A stretch of DNA of 64,000 nt from Vermamoeba vermiformis (Eukaryota). The number at the start of each line of letters is the position of its first letter. The first letter of the stretch is position 1. The notes under the pieces are model-generated. The model did no database searches and had not been told where the DNA came from. It saw only the letters and a program-made list of their open reading frames with translations. Both the position numbers and the translations under genes were made by a program. This document shows positions 61,411-64,000 of the stretch, in pieces. Location of the stretch: assembly GCA_045837725.1 (NCBI GenBank), contig JBEWZL010000235.1, forward strand, positions 310,001 through 374,000, in the 5' to 3' direction.

Positions 61411-63214
61411 TTAAACATATTTGTTCAACTTCTCTTGGGCTTCTTCTCCTAATTTTTGTACAATAATAACCGCTTGAGCAAAGCGAATGAAGTCTTTCTT
61501 GGTGTTATAGACGTGCGCTGATATCCGAGCCCATCGTTTGCCTTTGAAGGTAAAGATCGGGACTTCTATTTGATGCTCTTTCAACAGCTGGTCGTGTAAG
61601 TTGCTCATTTGACATGAATCTTCGCCGCTGCATGCTTCTTTGGAATCAGGCACGTGTACAACAGTCATGTACTGGCACATCTGCAGCGGAACTAACGTCT
61701 CGGTATTCCAAACTGTAGTTAGCATGTTCGTAGCCCATTGAATGAGCTCAGTGTTGTATTTATGCACTTTATCGACTCCTATCCACTCGAAGAACTTCAA
61801 TGCTATGCGCGCACTAATCATTGGACAATAATCCATTGTGCCCATCCAGATGAACTCCGAATGAAACCCTTGATTAAGACCCCTATACAGTATATTAATA
61901 ATTGTATCGTTGTGGTAATATACCGTTATTATAGCTTTAAATTTTACGTACCATGAAAGAACTGGCGGGTGAATCATATTTTGCAACTCTTCTTTGACGT
62001 ACATTAGTGCAGCTCCACGAACATTGCACAACCATTTATGACCGTTAGTCCTATAGTAGGTCTCGGTGTTAGCATGAAGCACTATGTTTAAGTTTTCAAA
62101 TTGCTTATATCACTTACACGTAGAAGTCTGGATCCAGCTCTTGCAAATTTAATTTGACTTGTCCCCACGCGTGCGCACCGTCGATCATGACCATTACATC
62201 ATTCCTATGGCATATTTGGATCATTTCTTTGATAGGAAACACGATGGCGGTAGGACTCGTAATGTGTTCAAAGGCCGCTAATCGAATTTTGCCTTTTCCT
62301 TCAACGTTTGTATTCTTCGATAAATACTCTTCAAATTGATCTAAAATATCCTTTGAGTCTTTGATAGGAAATTTTAAGCTCATTAATTCCAAGATAACGC
62401 CTGACGATTTGGAGATGTAATCCACCGTCATTTTGACCGCGCCGTACGTAATGTCGAACATTAACACTCGTTCTCCTTCTTTAAAATTAAGACTTCGTAG
62501 AATTGCGTTCATTCCAAACTCTAAACATTTAACAAATGATAAGTAAGCGCGGAAACGGAGAAAAAAAATTGATGCTCATGGTTGACTTTGAGCCTACTTA
62601 CCGACATTAGGCACGAATGTAACTTGTTGAGGTTTAGCTCCTACGGAATAGGCACATTCTCGAAGGGATTTAATGACATGCGGGTATAATTCGTCGTAAA
62701 AGAACTGCACTGGCTGTTCTTCAATGTGCCGTTGGCAATCTGTCAAAAAAAGTTAATTTCGACCGCTAAAGGATGAAAATAGCGGCATAATAAATTATTA
62801 TATTCGTGAGTAATGGTTACCTTGATAATAATTCAAAATAGGCTTCGGGACGCCTCCGTATGACCCGTGGGCGATAAAAGTCAGATCCTGCTTGAAATAG
62901 AATAATTCTTTGCCAATATGCTCGCCAAGCTCTGGTGGTATGCTGTTAAAAGCATCTAAGGCGTTCTCTGCGAAAATTCATTGGTCAGATCAGTTAAAAA
63001 AAATTCAAAGTACACGGATGCTGGTATTGTTCCAGTCTAAAATTATACATATAATAATTTCTAATAATAGTAACGAATGCCGGTTCTAAAATTAGTTAAA
63101 TGATTTCGCTAGTTTAGTCGTTGTTTGATCTTACTTACTTTCAAACTCAAAACTAGCTGGCTCTTTATATTCAGTATTATTTTGCCTAACCCATGTTTCT
63201 ACGTCTTTGTACAT
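61411..63214 (-). CDS. Class V PLP-dependent enzyme (L-cysteine desulfhydrase / Egt2 / CefD-like)
   Basis: FIAHGSYGGVP, EHITSPTA, IDGAHAWGQ, TNGHKWLC, WMGTMDY, RISAHVYN. Confidence 0.88.
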
Positions 63215-63341
63215 TATTTGTGTTGCTTAGGCGCGTGATTGAACAACACTTTTTTTTGTTGGACGGCAAACCGGTCCTGGTAGAAATCTTTGGCTGAAAA
63301 AATCTATTGTTGCACGCCATAATATTTATTAGATACTACAA

Positions 63342-64000
63342 ATGGATAATCCAAAGTTTTTCGGTGCTTTTGTCAACGGCATCTTGCGAAATACATTTTA
63401 CGGAGATGATTCAATTACACCTGAATTTCTGAAGTCAGAATTATTTGCAGATCACGATATTACTGTTGAAGGTAATTATTTTGATATTTATAGTTCTATC
63501 CTGAACTCTCTGCATTTTTCTGATTGATCCGAATTTTCAACTTAATTTTCTAATTAAGATTAACAGCCTGATAATCATTCATTATGAGCTATATAGCAGA
63601 GAATATTTTTTACGCTTGTAAATAATAATTTTAATATTATTGGCAAATTTTGGTGTTGATCAGCTGGATCGGACTGGCAGCCAATCTACCCGACTAATAA
63701 CTGTTATTTAATAGATATCGCGGTTAAATTCAAAAGCCTACAAGAGTTATTGACAAAAGCTGGCAGCGAGAACTATGAAATATCGGAAATCGAAAAGGCA
63801 TTACAGAGCGTAAGTAGGAATGCTTTAATATAGCGCTTTCTGCATATCAATTGTATCATAATATATTATAATTATCGTCATAAAAATGGTGATTATAGCT
63901 TAATAATGATTATAGAGCGATTTGGACGAAATGCAACAAGCAGTTGTAGCGAAGTTATGGCGAACACAGAAACAAAAGGTAAATTATCTTCACATTATAA
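63342..64000 (+). CDS. COMMD1: COMM domain protein 1-like, 5' part
   Basis: FFGAFVNGILRNTFYGDDSITPEFLKSELF...LWRTQKQK resembles the COMMD1 N-terminal domain. Runs off the window. Confidence 0.65.

Noticed and set aside
30979-63214. Sulfur-metabolism cluster from the two PLP lyases
   Set aside because: They are about 29 kb apart with unrelated genes between them.

Overview
AT-rich, gene-dense eukaryotic DNA with many short GT-AG introns. The gene content suggests a free-living amoebozoan-type protist (inference only). About 29 protein-coding loci can be assembled by hand across introns: an F-box/Miro-like GTPase/EF-hand/ARM fusion, two GT32 glycosyltransferases, a PPR protein, a profilin-like protein, several F-box proteins, a TKL kinase, a sedolisin, a TOPLESS-like protein, two PLP enzymes, a UBE2Q-like E2, a DUF599 protein, two Rab32-like GTPases, a divergent G-alpha, an IQGAP-like RasGAP and COMMD1. 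The most striking region is about 42.9-50.9 kb: a five-copy tandem array of intronless genes for ~240-aa secreted beta-rich proteins. They have constant termini, hypervariable NNC/NNY codons and patchwork similarity between copies, and they sit between two paralogous Rab genes. Also present are three non-autonomous inverted-repeat elements, an initiator-tRNA-Met-like structured element in a kinase intron, and a recurrent intronic GGATCTGATC motif. All gene models are manual and no database search was run.
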